Below are positions 18,801 through 27,646 of a stretch of 64,000 nt of DNA, one piece after another. The notes under the pieces were generated by a model. The model saw only the letters and a program-made list of their open reading frames with translations, was not told where the DNA came from and did no database searches. The stretch covers positions 6,335 through 70,334 of the forward strand of contig JAFGHM010000055.1 of the NCBI GenBank assembly GCA_016930135.1. Direction: 5' to 3'. How positions within the stretch are numbered: position 1 is the first letter of the stretch; every line of letters begins with the position of its first letter. Source of the stretch: Thermoplasmatota archaeon. Lineage in GTDB: Archaea > Thermoplasmatota > Thermoplasmata > UBA10834. The translations under genes and the position numbers were made by a program.

Positions 18801-20633
18801 TTGCAGGAATACGACATTCTCGTTCGCGATTCCGCTCTCATAGACGGCACGGGCAGGCCGTCCTATCGAGCAGATCTCGGCGTGATAGGCGAGAGGATAG
18901 CCGCAACAGGCGAGGTGAGAGGGGATGCGAGACTGGAGATCGATGCAAAAGGAATGGTGCTCTGTCCTGGGTTCATCGACCCTCACACCCACGGCGACCT
19001 CGGCATCTTGGGTCATCCGCGCGCGGAGAACTTCGTGATGCAGGGGATCACAACGATAGTCACCGGGCACTGCGGGGCGTCGATGGCCCCTTTGGCAGGG
19101 AAGTGCCCATCCGATCTGGTGAACGCATGGGACTGGTGGCACGAGCTTGGTCGGGGATCAAAGGATCCTCCGCTGCTGCTGCCGCTTGACGAGTACGGCG
19201 CACTCCTGAAGACCAAGCTGGGTTTCGCAGTCGATTGGACCAGCTTCGACGAGTTCCTGTCGAGGGTCGAGAAAACCGGAACCTCGGTCAACTTCGCCTC
19301 ATTCGTCGGCCACAGCACGGTGCGAGTCGCCGTCATGGGAGAAGAGTTCAAGCACGCCGCAAGCTGCAGGGAAATCGACGCGATGAAGCAGCATGTGTCG
19401 GAGGCTCTTGAGGCCGGCGCCTTCGGCCTCTCGAGCATGACCGATCCCGGTCCGGCTGAGTTCGCGGACGTGAACGAGCTCGTGGAGCTAGCACGGTTAG
19501 TGGCGGACTGCGGAGGGTTCTATGTCCCTCACACCAGGCACACGCAGAGCCAATGGCCCTCGGACTCCCCGGACGAGATCGGCTACGGCATCTTCCACGG
19601 GCCGATGGAGGACGTATGGGTTGGACGGTACCGAGGGGTCCAGGAGGCACTCGAAGTCGCCCGCAGGTCCGGAGTGTCGCTTCACATCGCTCATCTGTCG
19701 AACGTGTTCAAAATCCCTCAGCCACATCCGGACTACCTCGAGGAGGCCGCTGCAAGAGCCACCGTCGAGATACTGGACGATGCCGTGCGTGAAGGGATAG
19801 ACGTCACATTCGACGTGATCGCCTCTGGGAAGAGCATTTCTGCAGCGACCCTTCTTCGAGATGAGTTCGACCGATACATCGGGCGCTCTGAAGGTGCGGG
19901 TCTCGCTGCCCGGGTGAGGTCGGATGAGTTCAAGGATGAAGTCAGGAACGCTCACAGAATCGGAAGACTCAAGCTCGGCATGGTTCACACGAAGGCGGAT
20001 CCCTACTGGATGAACTGCTTCAGGATACTGAAGTGCGCGAACCAGGAATACGAGGGCAAGACAGTCGGGCAGATAGCAGCCGCCAAAGGCCAAGACCCTA
20101 TCGACACGATTCTCGATGTTCTTGCAGAGGACGCCGACACAATCTGGGTGCAGTTCCTTGACGATAGAGGGACGGATACGGCCAACGTTGTCTTCCTCCG
20201 CCACCCCCTGGCCATGCCGTGCACTGATGCCGAGGTGCACGGGGAGATTGGAGCGACAGATTCGTTGCGCCGGCCGCCGCCGACCGCCTATGACATGTTC
20301 CCCCAGTACATCAGCACGATGGTTCGGGAGAAGGGGCTGCTCAGCATCGAGCATGCAGTGATGAAGGCAACATCCCTTCCAGCACGCAGGTTCGGGCTTG
20401 TGGACAGGGGGGTCGTCAAGCCCGGCGCATTCGCTGACATCGTTCTGTTTGACCCGGGCTCCGTACGAGGTGTGAGCGACTTCATGGAACCGATGAGATA
20501 TCCGGAGGGTATCGAGCTGGTCGTGGTGAACGGGAGGTTGGTGTCCCGAAGACAGAAGCGGACAGAGGAGAGGCCGGGGAAGGTGCTGAGACGCGGAGCA
20601 GGCCAGGTCACCTCTGCAAGCAGACCGCCTTGA
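18801..20633 (+). CDS. N-acyl-D-amino-acid deacylase family amidohydrolase
   Basis: IDGTG, PGFIDPHTHGD, QGITTIVTGHCG, KATSLPARRFGL.DRG...PG.FADIV.FD. Confidence 0.92.
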   Translation: MQEYDILVRDSALIDGTGRPSYRADLGVIGERIAATGEVRGDARLEIDAKGMVLCPGFIDPHTHGDLGILGHPRAENFVMQGITTIVTGHCGASMAPLAGKCPSDLVNAWDWWHELGRGSKDPPLLLPLDEYGALLKTKLGFAVDWTSFDEFLSRVEKTGTSVNFASFVGHSTVRVAVMGEEFKHAASCREIDAMKQHVSEALEAGAFGLSSMTDPGPAEFADVNELVELARLVADCGGFYVPHTRHTQSQWPSDSPDEIGYGIFHGPMEDVWVGRYRGVQEALEVARRSGVSLHIAHLSNVFKIPQPHPDYLEEAAARATVEILDDAVREGIDVTFDVIASGKSISAATLLRDEFDRYIGRSEGAGLAARVRSDEFKDEVRNAHRIGRLKLGMVHTKADPYWMNCFRILKCANQEYEGKTVGQIAAAKGQDPIDTILDVLAEDADTIWVQFLDDRGTDTANVVFLRHPLAMPCTDAEVHGEIGATDSLRRPPPTAYDMFPQYISTMVREKGLLSIEHAVMKATSLPARRFGLVDRGVVKPGAFADIVLFDPGSVRGVSDFMEPMRYPEGIELVVVNGRLVSRRQKRTEERPGKVLRRGAGQVTSASRPP

Positions 20634-20879
20634 CCGTGTACTGCCTCGAGAACGTCTTCTGAGAGACCGAAGCGTATCGTCATGTGAGTCTCATTGGCCC
20701 GACAGGTTTGAGATATCGGCAGATTCCCTTCCGGCATACAAGCCGGTGACGACCACCTCCACCCCCGCTCCAGATATACTGAACGCTTCGGCACCTCCTA
20801 ACAGACCTCCGAAGAGAGATATGAGCGAAAGACTAATCATGCTCATCTCGATTCTGAGTCGGCTTGGGAGGATGTGTGA

Positions 20880-22247
20880 GTGAAGGAGTGGTTCAATGCG
20901 AGACTGCTTGCGATTGTCGTGATCGTCATCGTCGTTCTGACGTTCACGGCACTCTTCGCATATGCGCACACCACGACATCTAGATGGGCCTTCGAGGACC
21001 TCGGCAGGGACCGAGATACCTGGCCGTACTCCGAGATCAAGATTGTCGGGCCTGACGAGCTCCATGTGGTTCAGTCGGGGATTGTGGACGGGAGGTATTC
21101 CCTCGTCTACTCCGCCTGGGCTAGTGGCAAACCTGATTCAACACCCATCTACATCTTCAACATCAGCCACTCATTCCGGGCAGCATCGATGGTCGTGGAT
21201 TCCGAAGGGCATGTCCACATCTTCATGGCACTTGATATCCTGGGGGCCCAATACGATGGGATATGGTATGCTAATGACTCGAATGGTGCATGGACGTTCA
21301 CGCGCCTTGACATAGATGACAACGTACTGGACCTGCGAGCAGCGATTGATGCTGCCGGGAAGTTCCACCTGATCTACGCCCAGAACCTGTGGGAACCTTC
21401 GAATGCCAACGATGTCATGTATGCCACAAACGCCAACGGTGGCTGGGTCGCCAGTATGGTGTATGAATGCCCTCCTGACACATATGCGTCCATCTGCGGC
21501 CTCGCCTCTGACGGTCAGGGCGTGCTTCGAACCGTGTTCGGAGTTGCCAACTATCACACCTACAACGACATCGAGTTGGAACACGCTGTCCTGAGCGAGG
21601 GGAGTTGGACTGTCTCTGAAATCCTGACGAGTTACAAGGTCGTTGGCCGACCTTCCATGGTCGTCGGGGAGGACGGGACGGCGCATGTCGGCCTCCTCAT
21701 GTCCGATGGAAGCACGTTCAGCCTTGCACATGCCTCGTGTCATGACGGAGTCTGGGATTTGGAGACGATTGTGGAGGCTGGCAACCGCTGGCCTTGCAGA
21801 ACAGCGATTGCCCTCGGCCAGGGAGATGAGATTCATATCTCCTACTACAGGCATTACTTCTTCGATTTCAACGCCGCGGGCAACGACTACTCCTTCTGGT
21901 ATGCCAAGAAGACGGCGGGATCCTGGTCCGTCGAGCGCGTCTCGTCAGCATATAGCGTGAGCGGGTACTCAGAAACATCGATAGCGGTCGACAGCGAAGG
22001 CAATGGGCACATGATTTTCTCCCGACTGAACGACCGCGGATACAGCCAATGGACGTGCACTGCGAAGAAGACATCTCAAGGAGTCCTTGGGGAGTCGCTC
22101 ACGGAAGCTCTGAGGAACACCGCGCTGCTTGTCGTTCCGCCATCTGTGGTGACTGCAGTGGCGTATGTTGTTGTTGGAGTGCGGAGAAGGCAGAACGATA
22201 GAAGGCAGAAGAGAGAAGACGAGGCCGGTCTTTGGGACAGAAGATGA
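20880..22247 (+). CDS. Membrane-anchored beta-propeller-like surface protein
   Basis: N- and C-terminal TM helices; about 6 repeats of S.(A/V).D..G..H..Y...Y.....G.W. Confidence 0.8.
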   Translation: MKEWFNARLLAIVVIVIVVLTFTALFAYAHTTTSRWAFEDLGRDRDTWPYSEIKIVGPDELHVVQSGIVDGRYSLVYSAWASGKPDSTPIYIFNISHSFRAASMVVDSEGHVHIFMALDILGAQYDGIWYANDSNGAWTFTRLDIDDNVLDLRAAIDAAGKFHLIYAQNLWEPSNANDVMYATNANGGWVASMVYECPPDTYASICGLASDGQGVLRTVFGVANYHTYNDIELEHAVLSEGSWTVSEILTSYKVVGRPSMVVGEDGTAHVGLLMSDGSTFSLAHASCHDGVWDLETIVEAGNRWPCRTAIALGQGDEIHISYYRHYFFDFNAAGNDYSFWYAKKTAGSWSVERVSSAYSVSGYSETSIAVDSEGNGHMIFSRLNDRGYSQWTCTAKKTSQGVLGESLTEALRNTALLVVPPSVVTAVAYVVVGVRRRQNDRRQKREDEAGLWDRR

Positions 22248-22496
22248 CCGGAAGGCCTCGTTTCCTGTCGGAGAGGAGCAGCGGGAGCTGAGGCTCGGAC
22301 CGAGTCTTGGTCGTGTTCAACCAGGAATCCCAAGACCAAGTTCGTGACTGCTCTGAGTCGATTGCACCCCAACCGCCGGAGCACAGAAGGGAGACAATGG
22401 GCACCAGTCAATCAGGAGACTGGTTGCAGCGGGTATCCAACTGTCTCAGGATGCTATGATAGGCATCCGCACCTAACCTTATACCGCGGTGAGCGC

Positions 22497-22766
22497 ATGC
22501 ACGCAGTCCTTGCAGGGGCCATGGCAGTCGGTGTGTTCCTGTTCACTATCGGCGCAGGATTGGCTGTCGTCAGTCACTCAGAGGTAGACGCGCTGATCCG
22601 GTACGGGTCAGCCGACATGTCCGAAAGCCTTGACAGCCTGAACGACAGAGACATGAGGGGAGTCTTTCTTGCGGCTTTCGGTGTTGGCATTGCAGCATTC
22701 GCGCTGCTCATCCAAGAGGCAATCACGGAAAAAGAGAAACAAGAGAAAGAAAACTTCTTCTACTAG
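22497..22766 (+). CDS. Small two-TM membrane protein
   Basis: GGTGA RBS before ATG 22497; two hydrophobic helices. Confidence 0.6.
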   Translation: MHAVLAGAMAVGVFLFTIGAGLAVVSHSEVDALIRYGSADMSESLDSLNDRDMRGVFLAAFGVGIAAFALLIQEAITEKEKQEKENFFY

Positions 22767-22900
22767 ACTCATAAAAGGTCACACATGGAGCGCAGTCGTT
22801 TGGATCTTGTCTCCGGACTTGAAATAGTATCCGTTCCCCTGATACGGTCTCCAGCGGACATCTTGTCCCGACTCATCCTAGGCCTTCAAGGGCCTCGTCC

Positions 22901-23188
22901 ATGAACGACCGCCGCGACCGGATGCTCCTCTTCTATGCCCTCCTGAAGCACCTTGATGATGCCAGGGTCTCCTCGCGTCCGTGCACTCATCACCTCCTCG
23001 AGCACCGAATGCGGAGCAACTGGAAGGTCGTGGAACACCTCCTCACGAAGGCCATCGAGATCGGCTGGGTTGAACACGAACCCGGGGACAGGATTTATCG
23101 CATAACCGACAGGGGGCGCGAGTTCCGGTCACTGCTCGAGAAGGCAATCGCGCCCATATACCGCGAGTATCTTGACCAGAGGCGTTGA
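22901..23188 (+). CDS. Winged helix-turn-helix protein (archaeal HTH_45-like)
   Basis: RRDR..., THHLL..MRSNW, YRITDRGREF. Confidence 0.75.
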   Translation: MNDRRDRMLLFYALLKHLDDARVSSRPCTHHLLEHRMRSNWKVVEHLLTKAIEIGWVEHEPGDRIYRITDRGREFRSLLEKAIAPIYREYLDQRR

Positions 23189-23197
23189 GCTGCCTCT

Positions 23198-24061
23198 TCA
23201 GCCGAAGTACGCGTTCTCCAAGACATAGAGACCATCCTTGCCCTCTGCTATGAGTTCGATCGGGGAGCTCCATTCCCATGTCCTGTCATCAATCGTCCTA
23301 TCATACTTCATCCAGCTCTTGTTCGCGAACTCCGTGACCTCGCCTGGGAACTTCCCGTCGCCCGTCTGCAACAGGATTACCCTGACCGCCTGGTCGTACG
23401 GATATACCCGCCTGAGGACGTCCTCCGAGTCGGCCTTGAGCCGTCTGACGTCCTCGAGAGAGGCCTTCTCGACTGCGCGGACCATGACTACGAGGCCCTC
23501 GGGCACGTCCTTCGATGAAATGGTGAAAGGACTCTGCGTCTCGACGAACAGGTCGAACTTGTGGACACCCTTCGACTTCCCCTTGGCGGAGGCATCCCTG
23601 GCGACCTTGTGCTTGTATCTCGAGACCGCCACTTCTATTCTGTCGTCGGTTTCCCTGAGATAGGTCAGCAGTCTCGAGACGGGATCAGGGCCTCCGGGCA
23701 TCTTCGGGCTTGGCTTCCACAGGTTCGCGCGCCTTATTCCCCGTCCGAGGATCGAGTAATCCTCGAGGAGCGGGCGTCCTTCGTGCGCGCAGACGCAGGC
23801 GTATGCAGATACGAGCGCAATGATGGCGAGAGCGAATGCGTACAACCCGAGGCTCTCGGGTTGGTCCACGAAAATCACCCATAGAAACGAAATCGCAGAT
23901 GCGATGGCAATCGCTCCTCCTGCCCAGAAGGAGAATCCGATGGCGTATCTCATGTGGCTCATGCCTTCGAGCATCTCGTCGTTCAGATCGAAAAGCACGC
24001 TCATGGGGTCCGTCAGGAACTCTGGCAGGTCTTTCTCATCTTGGTCTGTCATGGTAGCCAT
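23198..24061 (-). CDS. Two-TM protein with a C-terminal restriction-endonuclease-like (Mrr/PD-(D/E)xK-like) fold
   Basis: Two TM helices, then KGKSKGVHKFDLFV resembling the GxSG..H.FD signature; the fold call is an inference. Confidence 0.65.
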   Translation of the reverse strand: MATMTDQDEKDLPEFLTDPMSVLFDLNDEMLEGMSHMRYAIGFSFWAGGAIAIASAISFLWVIFVDQPESLGLYAFALAIIALVSAYACVCAHEGRPLLEDYSILGRGIRRANLWKPSPKMPGGPDPVSRLLTYLRETDDRIEVAVSRYKHKVARDASAKGKSKGVHKFDLFVETQSPFTISSKDVPEGLVVMVRAVEKASLEDVRRLKADSEDVLRRVYPYDQAVRVILLQTGDGKFPGEVTEFANKSWMKYDRTIDDRTWEWSSPIELIAEGKDGLYVLENAYFG

Positions 24062-24269
24062 GACAGCGAAGGAATCGCATATAGCAGTCAGAATCAGCGA
24101 TACTAAGCCGCCCGGGCCGAAGAACGACCAAGTCCGCTTCCCGGCCGCCTACTGGGGTCTCGACTACAGCATCACTGCCTCCCCGTCCGTGCTGGTCAAG
24201 GCTGCAGGCGGTCACCGCATCGTGAATCCAGTAGGCCGTGGAAGCAACCTACAAGCAGCGGGAAGCGAA

Positions 24270-25949
24270 TCACGAGTTGACCACTCTGAACTGCATCGAT
24301 GATCCCCCAAGACTGTATGCATCGTCGAGCAGCAGCCGGATCTCGTAGGTGCCAGGCTGGAGCGGCCAGGCGCCGTACCCCGGTAGCGACGACTCGGAGA
24401 AGGTGGTCGTGCCCTCTATCGCACCATGCGTGTACTCGTAGCTCAAGTAGCGCATGTTCCCTCCGCCGTAGCCGGCATAGACGATCTCCATGACCTTGCT
24501 CTTGCTGTTGCTGTCACCGCGATACAGGCCGAGCCAATCGCCGAAGTAGCCAGGCGCATTCGTCCACGAGACTATGATCGCCTCTCCTGACACGTATACG
24601 CTCTTGGAGGTCGTCACCGTTGTCCCTGCCCCTTGCTCGTATAGCCAGAACGGGATGCTTGTGACCTCCTGGCCGTGATTGCCAACAAGCATCGCCTCAT
24701 ATGCGCACGGCATGAGCAAGTCTGTCGCGAATACCAGTGTGCCGTCGATGTCGCCCTCTGTTGGCTGCGAGGCAACTGCAGATCCGGGATCCTCTCCTGC
24801 AGGCACTATGACGACCTTCTCGTTCGGCATTCCCGACGCGTGGAATCGGACGGCGAGGTCGTCGCCCACCTCGAGACGCCTCTTGTCCACAGCAACGAGC
24901 GGTGGCATCTCGCCCAGCTCGATGTCAAACGTCGAGACAACCGCGCGGTGGTCCGACGGCCAAGGGTCGACAACGATTCTAACGTCTGGATTGCCCGCTT
25001 CGCCCATGAGCTGGCTGTCGAGGGTTGTCGAAGGTCCCGCCGCAAGCACCCAGTCGATTCGGTCGTGCACCTCGTCTGCGACCCCCTCAGGAGACCCGGG
25101 CGTCCACGTGAACCCCGGATGAGCGACTGGGTCCGGATACACCTCCCTGTACGAGTCCCGGAACCCAGCCTCAGCAAGCTTCTTCGCTACCGGCCATTCG
25201 ACGGGATAGCGCACGACTTCGCGGACCTCGGCCACCTCCTCGGTCCAATCCAGGTGCGACGGGGAATTGAAGTCCCCCGTGAGGAAGACCGGGATGCCTT
25301 CAGAGACAAGCTGCGGCAGCACGCAGATGTGCTCCACTATCGCCGGTGATTCGTGCGATGCCTGGAGCCGCAGGGTTTCCTCGAGCTCGATCACCTCCTC
25401 AAGAGTCGCCCCGTCCCTGACCTCGTAAGGACCGTAGGGGTCGGCCGGAAGGTGCACGTTCGCGAGCGCAGCGACATACCCCTGCACAGGCTCGACGAAT
25501 ATGTACAGACCGTTGCCCCCAGGCGGGTCTACGAGCGGGAAGCGTGAGATCACCTGCAGCCTCTCGCAGCTGTACCAGCCGAGCGTGTCCGCGATCCGTT
25601 TGACATTCAGGCAGCCCTCTTGGAGATTGACGACGTCGGCGTCGGAGGCGAGGATGGCCACGAGGACCTGCTCAAGTGTCACCTCGTTGCCCTTTGGATT
25701 CATGCACCAATTGAAATTCCTGAGGTCCAGCTCGTCTCCTCCGTAGAAGATGTTGAAGGTCATTATCCTGAGCTCAACGCTGTCGCTGTTCTCATCGTCT
25801 GCCGCTGAGACCACGAGCGACATCCCGGAAACAGCCACAAGTGAGGACAGGAAACATGCGATGAACGCGCGCTTCCTTAGCCTTGAGTCAAAAGCCTTCC
25901 AATGCGCAGACCAGATGTCCGATACACTTTCGCGAGAACCAATGCTCAT
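24270..25949 (-). CDS. Secreted endonuclease/exonuclease/phosphatase family protein with C-terminal Ig-like domains
   Basis: IMTFNI, LQE, LTGDFNSPSH, RIDWV, PWPSDHRAV; N-terminal hydrophobic anchor; start set at ATG 25949 from the RBS. Confidence 0.92.
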   Translation of the reverse strand: MSIGSRESVSDIWSAHWKAFDSRLRKRAFIACFLSSLVAVSGMSLVVSAADDENSDSVELRIMTFNIFYGGDELDLRNFNWCMNPKGNEVTLEQVLVAILASDADVVNLQEGCLNVKRIADTLGWYSCERLQVISRFPLVDPPGGNGLYIFVEPVQGYVAALANVHLPADPYGPYEVRDGATLEEVIELEETLRLQASHESPAIVEHICVLPQLVSEGIPVFLTGDFNSPSHLDWTEEVAEVREVVRYPVEWPVAKKLAEAGFRDSYREVYPDPVAHPGFTWTPGSPEGVADEVHDRIDWVLAAGPSTTLDSQLMGEAGNPDVRIVVDPWPSDHRAVVSTFDIELGEMPPLVAVDKRRLEVGDDLAVRFHASGMPNEKVVIVPAGEDPGSAVASQPTEGDIDGTLVFATDLLMPCAYEAMLVGNHGQEVTSIPFWLYEQGAGTTVTTSKSVYVSGEAIIVSWTNAPGYFGDWLGLYRGDSNSKSKVMEIVYAGYGGGNMRYLSYEYTHGAIEGTTTFSESSLPGYGAWPLQPGTYEIRLLLDDAYSLGGSSMQFRVVNS

Positions 25950-26241
25950 TCTCCGAATCCCCCCGAGCCTAGAACGCTCGCCACCCGTATCGGAGAACCC
26001 CGAGATAATACTAACTGGCGCTGACCGTCTCGCTACGTGCACATTTGATCTGAGGGTGCCTGATTCGGATCCCGAAAGAAGACCCTTGGCGACGAAAGCA
26101 GACACGAGGCCGATATGGTCTCCGGCGATGCACGGCCTCAGACAAGCGGCTCCATTGCGGCAGTCGTTCTAGGCGCTGGGATTGCACAACCCTTATTACC
26201 GTCGAGCCCCTGTCATCTTCATCAGCCCAGAGAGGGAACAC

Positions 26242-26730
26242 ATGGCAAATGCGAAGGAAATCCTTGCGACAGCGATTGAGATGGAGCACTTCGGGAGCGA
26301 GTACTACTCGAAGTTCGAGGACCTGGTCGCCAGCGAGAAGGCGAAGATCCTGTTCAGGAGCCTGGCTGCCGACGAGAAGGACCACGCACACATACTCGAG
26401 ATAGAGATGGCCAACCTGGGAGGCACGCCGAAGCCGCTTTCCGACAGGAAGCTGAAGAACTACCTGAAGCAGGTCTTCCCGGAGAGCATCCACAAGGACT
26501 CGATCCATGCCAAGGACGCCATCTCCGCCATCAAGCTGGGCATAATGACCGAGAGAAGGTCCATAGAATTCTACACGAAACATGCTGCGAGGGCGAGTCC
26601 TAAGATGAGAAAGATATTTGCGAAGCTGATCAAAATGGAGATCGTGCATCTTGGACTTCTGGAGGAGAACCTTCAGCTTTTAGAGGATGACGGTTCGTGG
26701 TACGGCTATCTGCCCATTCTCGAGGGATAG
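26242..26730 (+). CDS. Ferritin-like / rubrerythrin family protein
   Basis: Two di-iron units: AIEME..EYY...LAADEKDH and ERRSIEFY...MEIVH. Confidence 0.9.
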   Translation: MANAKEILATAIEMEHFGSEYYSKFEDLVASEKAKILFRSLAADEKDHAHILEIEMANLGGTPKPLSDRKLKNYLKQVFPESIHKDSIHAKDAISAIKLGIMTERRSIEFYTKHAARASPKMRKIFAKLIKMEIVHLGLLEENLQLLEDDGSWYGYLPILEG

Positions 26731-26913
26731 TCCCCTGTGCCTTGGGAATTCTGGCAATCGTGATGGATGACAGAAGGCCTTCGTCCCTGAGAAGACCATA
26801 GAGGAGGAATCGGTAAATCAAGAACAAGTGACAAGAGGTTTGGTTTGTGTCGAGTTGATTGGGCACAAAGGTCCCCCTAATTGCCCTGATGGTCAACTTC
26901 GTGAGACTTGGGT

Positions 26914-27417
26914 TCACTCTTCCCAGAATACCTCGAGCGAGTACACCGCAGTGCCCTCGTTGAAATTCAAGTCCAAGGTACCGTATCCTCGTAGCTTGGC
27001 AAGGTCTCCTGTTCCTCCTCCCACAATGGTCGTGTCCATGTGGAACAGCATGTAACCAACCGACCAGCCAACGTTCCTGACCCTCAAGGTGCCCTCGTAA
27101 TCACCCCATGTGACCGTGTACCGCCCCCATTCGGACACAACGGTCTCGCCTGTCGAGAACACAATGGCTCTTGGAAGACAGTCATACGTTCCCGCGAGAT
27201 CCCCAGCCGCGTTCCATGTATTGTGCATGGTGATGAACGTGTTTTCACCAGCAGTCCTTGCCGACGACTCACTGCCGACCAAGGTCAAAGTGCCTGTGAC
27301 CGTAACTGGTCCTCCAGCAGCCGATATCGGAGTCTGAGCCAAGACCATGGCCAGGGCTACCGCACATATCGTTGCCGCAATAGTCGCTTTCGTCGTTTCA
27401 CCTCCCCCTCGAATCAT
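26914..27417 (-). CDS. Hypothetical secreted beta-barrel protein (DUF3224-like)
   Basis: Signal peptide; TIVGGGTGDLAKLRGYGT motif. Confidence 0.7.
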   Translation of the reverse strand: MIRGGGETTKATIAATICAVALAMVLAQTPISAAGGPVTVTGTLTLVGSESSARTAGENTFITMHNTWNAAGDLAGTYDCLPRAIVFSTGETVVSEWGRYTVTWGDYEGTLRVRNVGWSVGYMLFHMDTTIVGGGTGDLAKLRGYGTLDLNFNEGTAVYSLEVFWEE

Positions 27418-27646
27418 CCGAGGCCATCTCCCGAATCGACCCTATGTTCGAAAAAGGTTTCTATCACAAGAGATGAATTGAAGGAGGTTTGAATATCCCT
27501 CAGAAGAGACCATAGGGGGGAAGGCACGGTCGACCGCTTAACCTGCAACCGACATAATCCAGACAACTCAGCAATCGTCGCAGACTGAAAGACGCCACGA
27601 TTAAGTAGATTGGTGTCTTTGTAGCCCCCGACACAGCTGGTGAACG

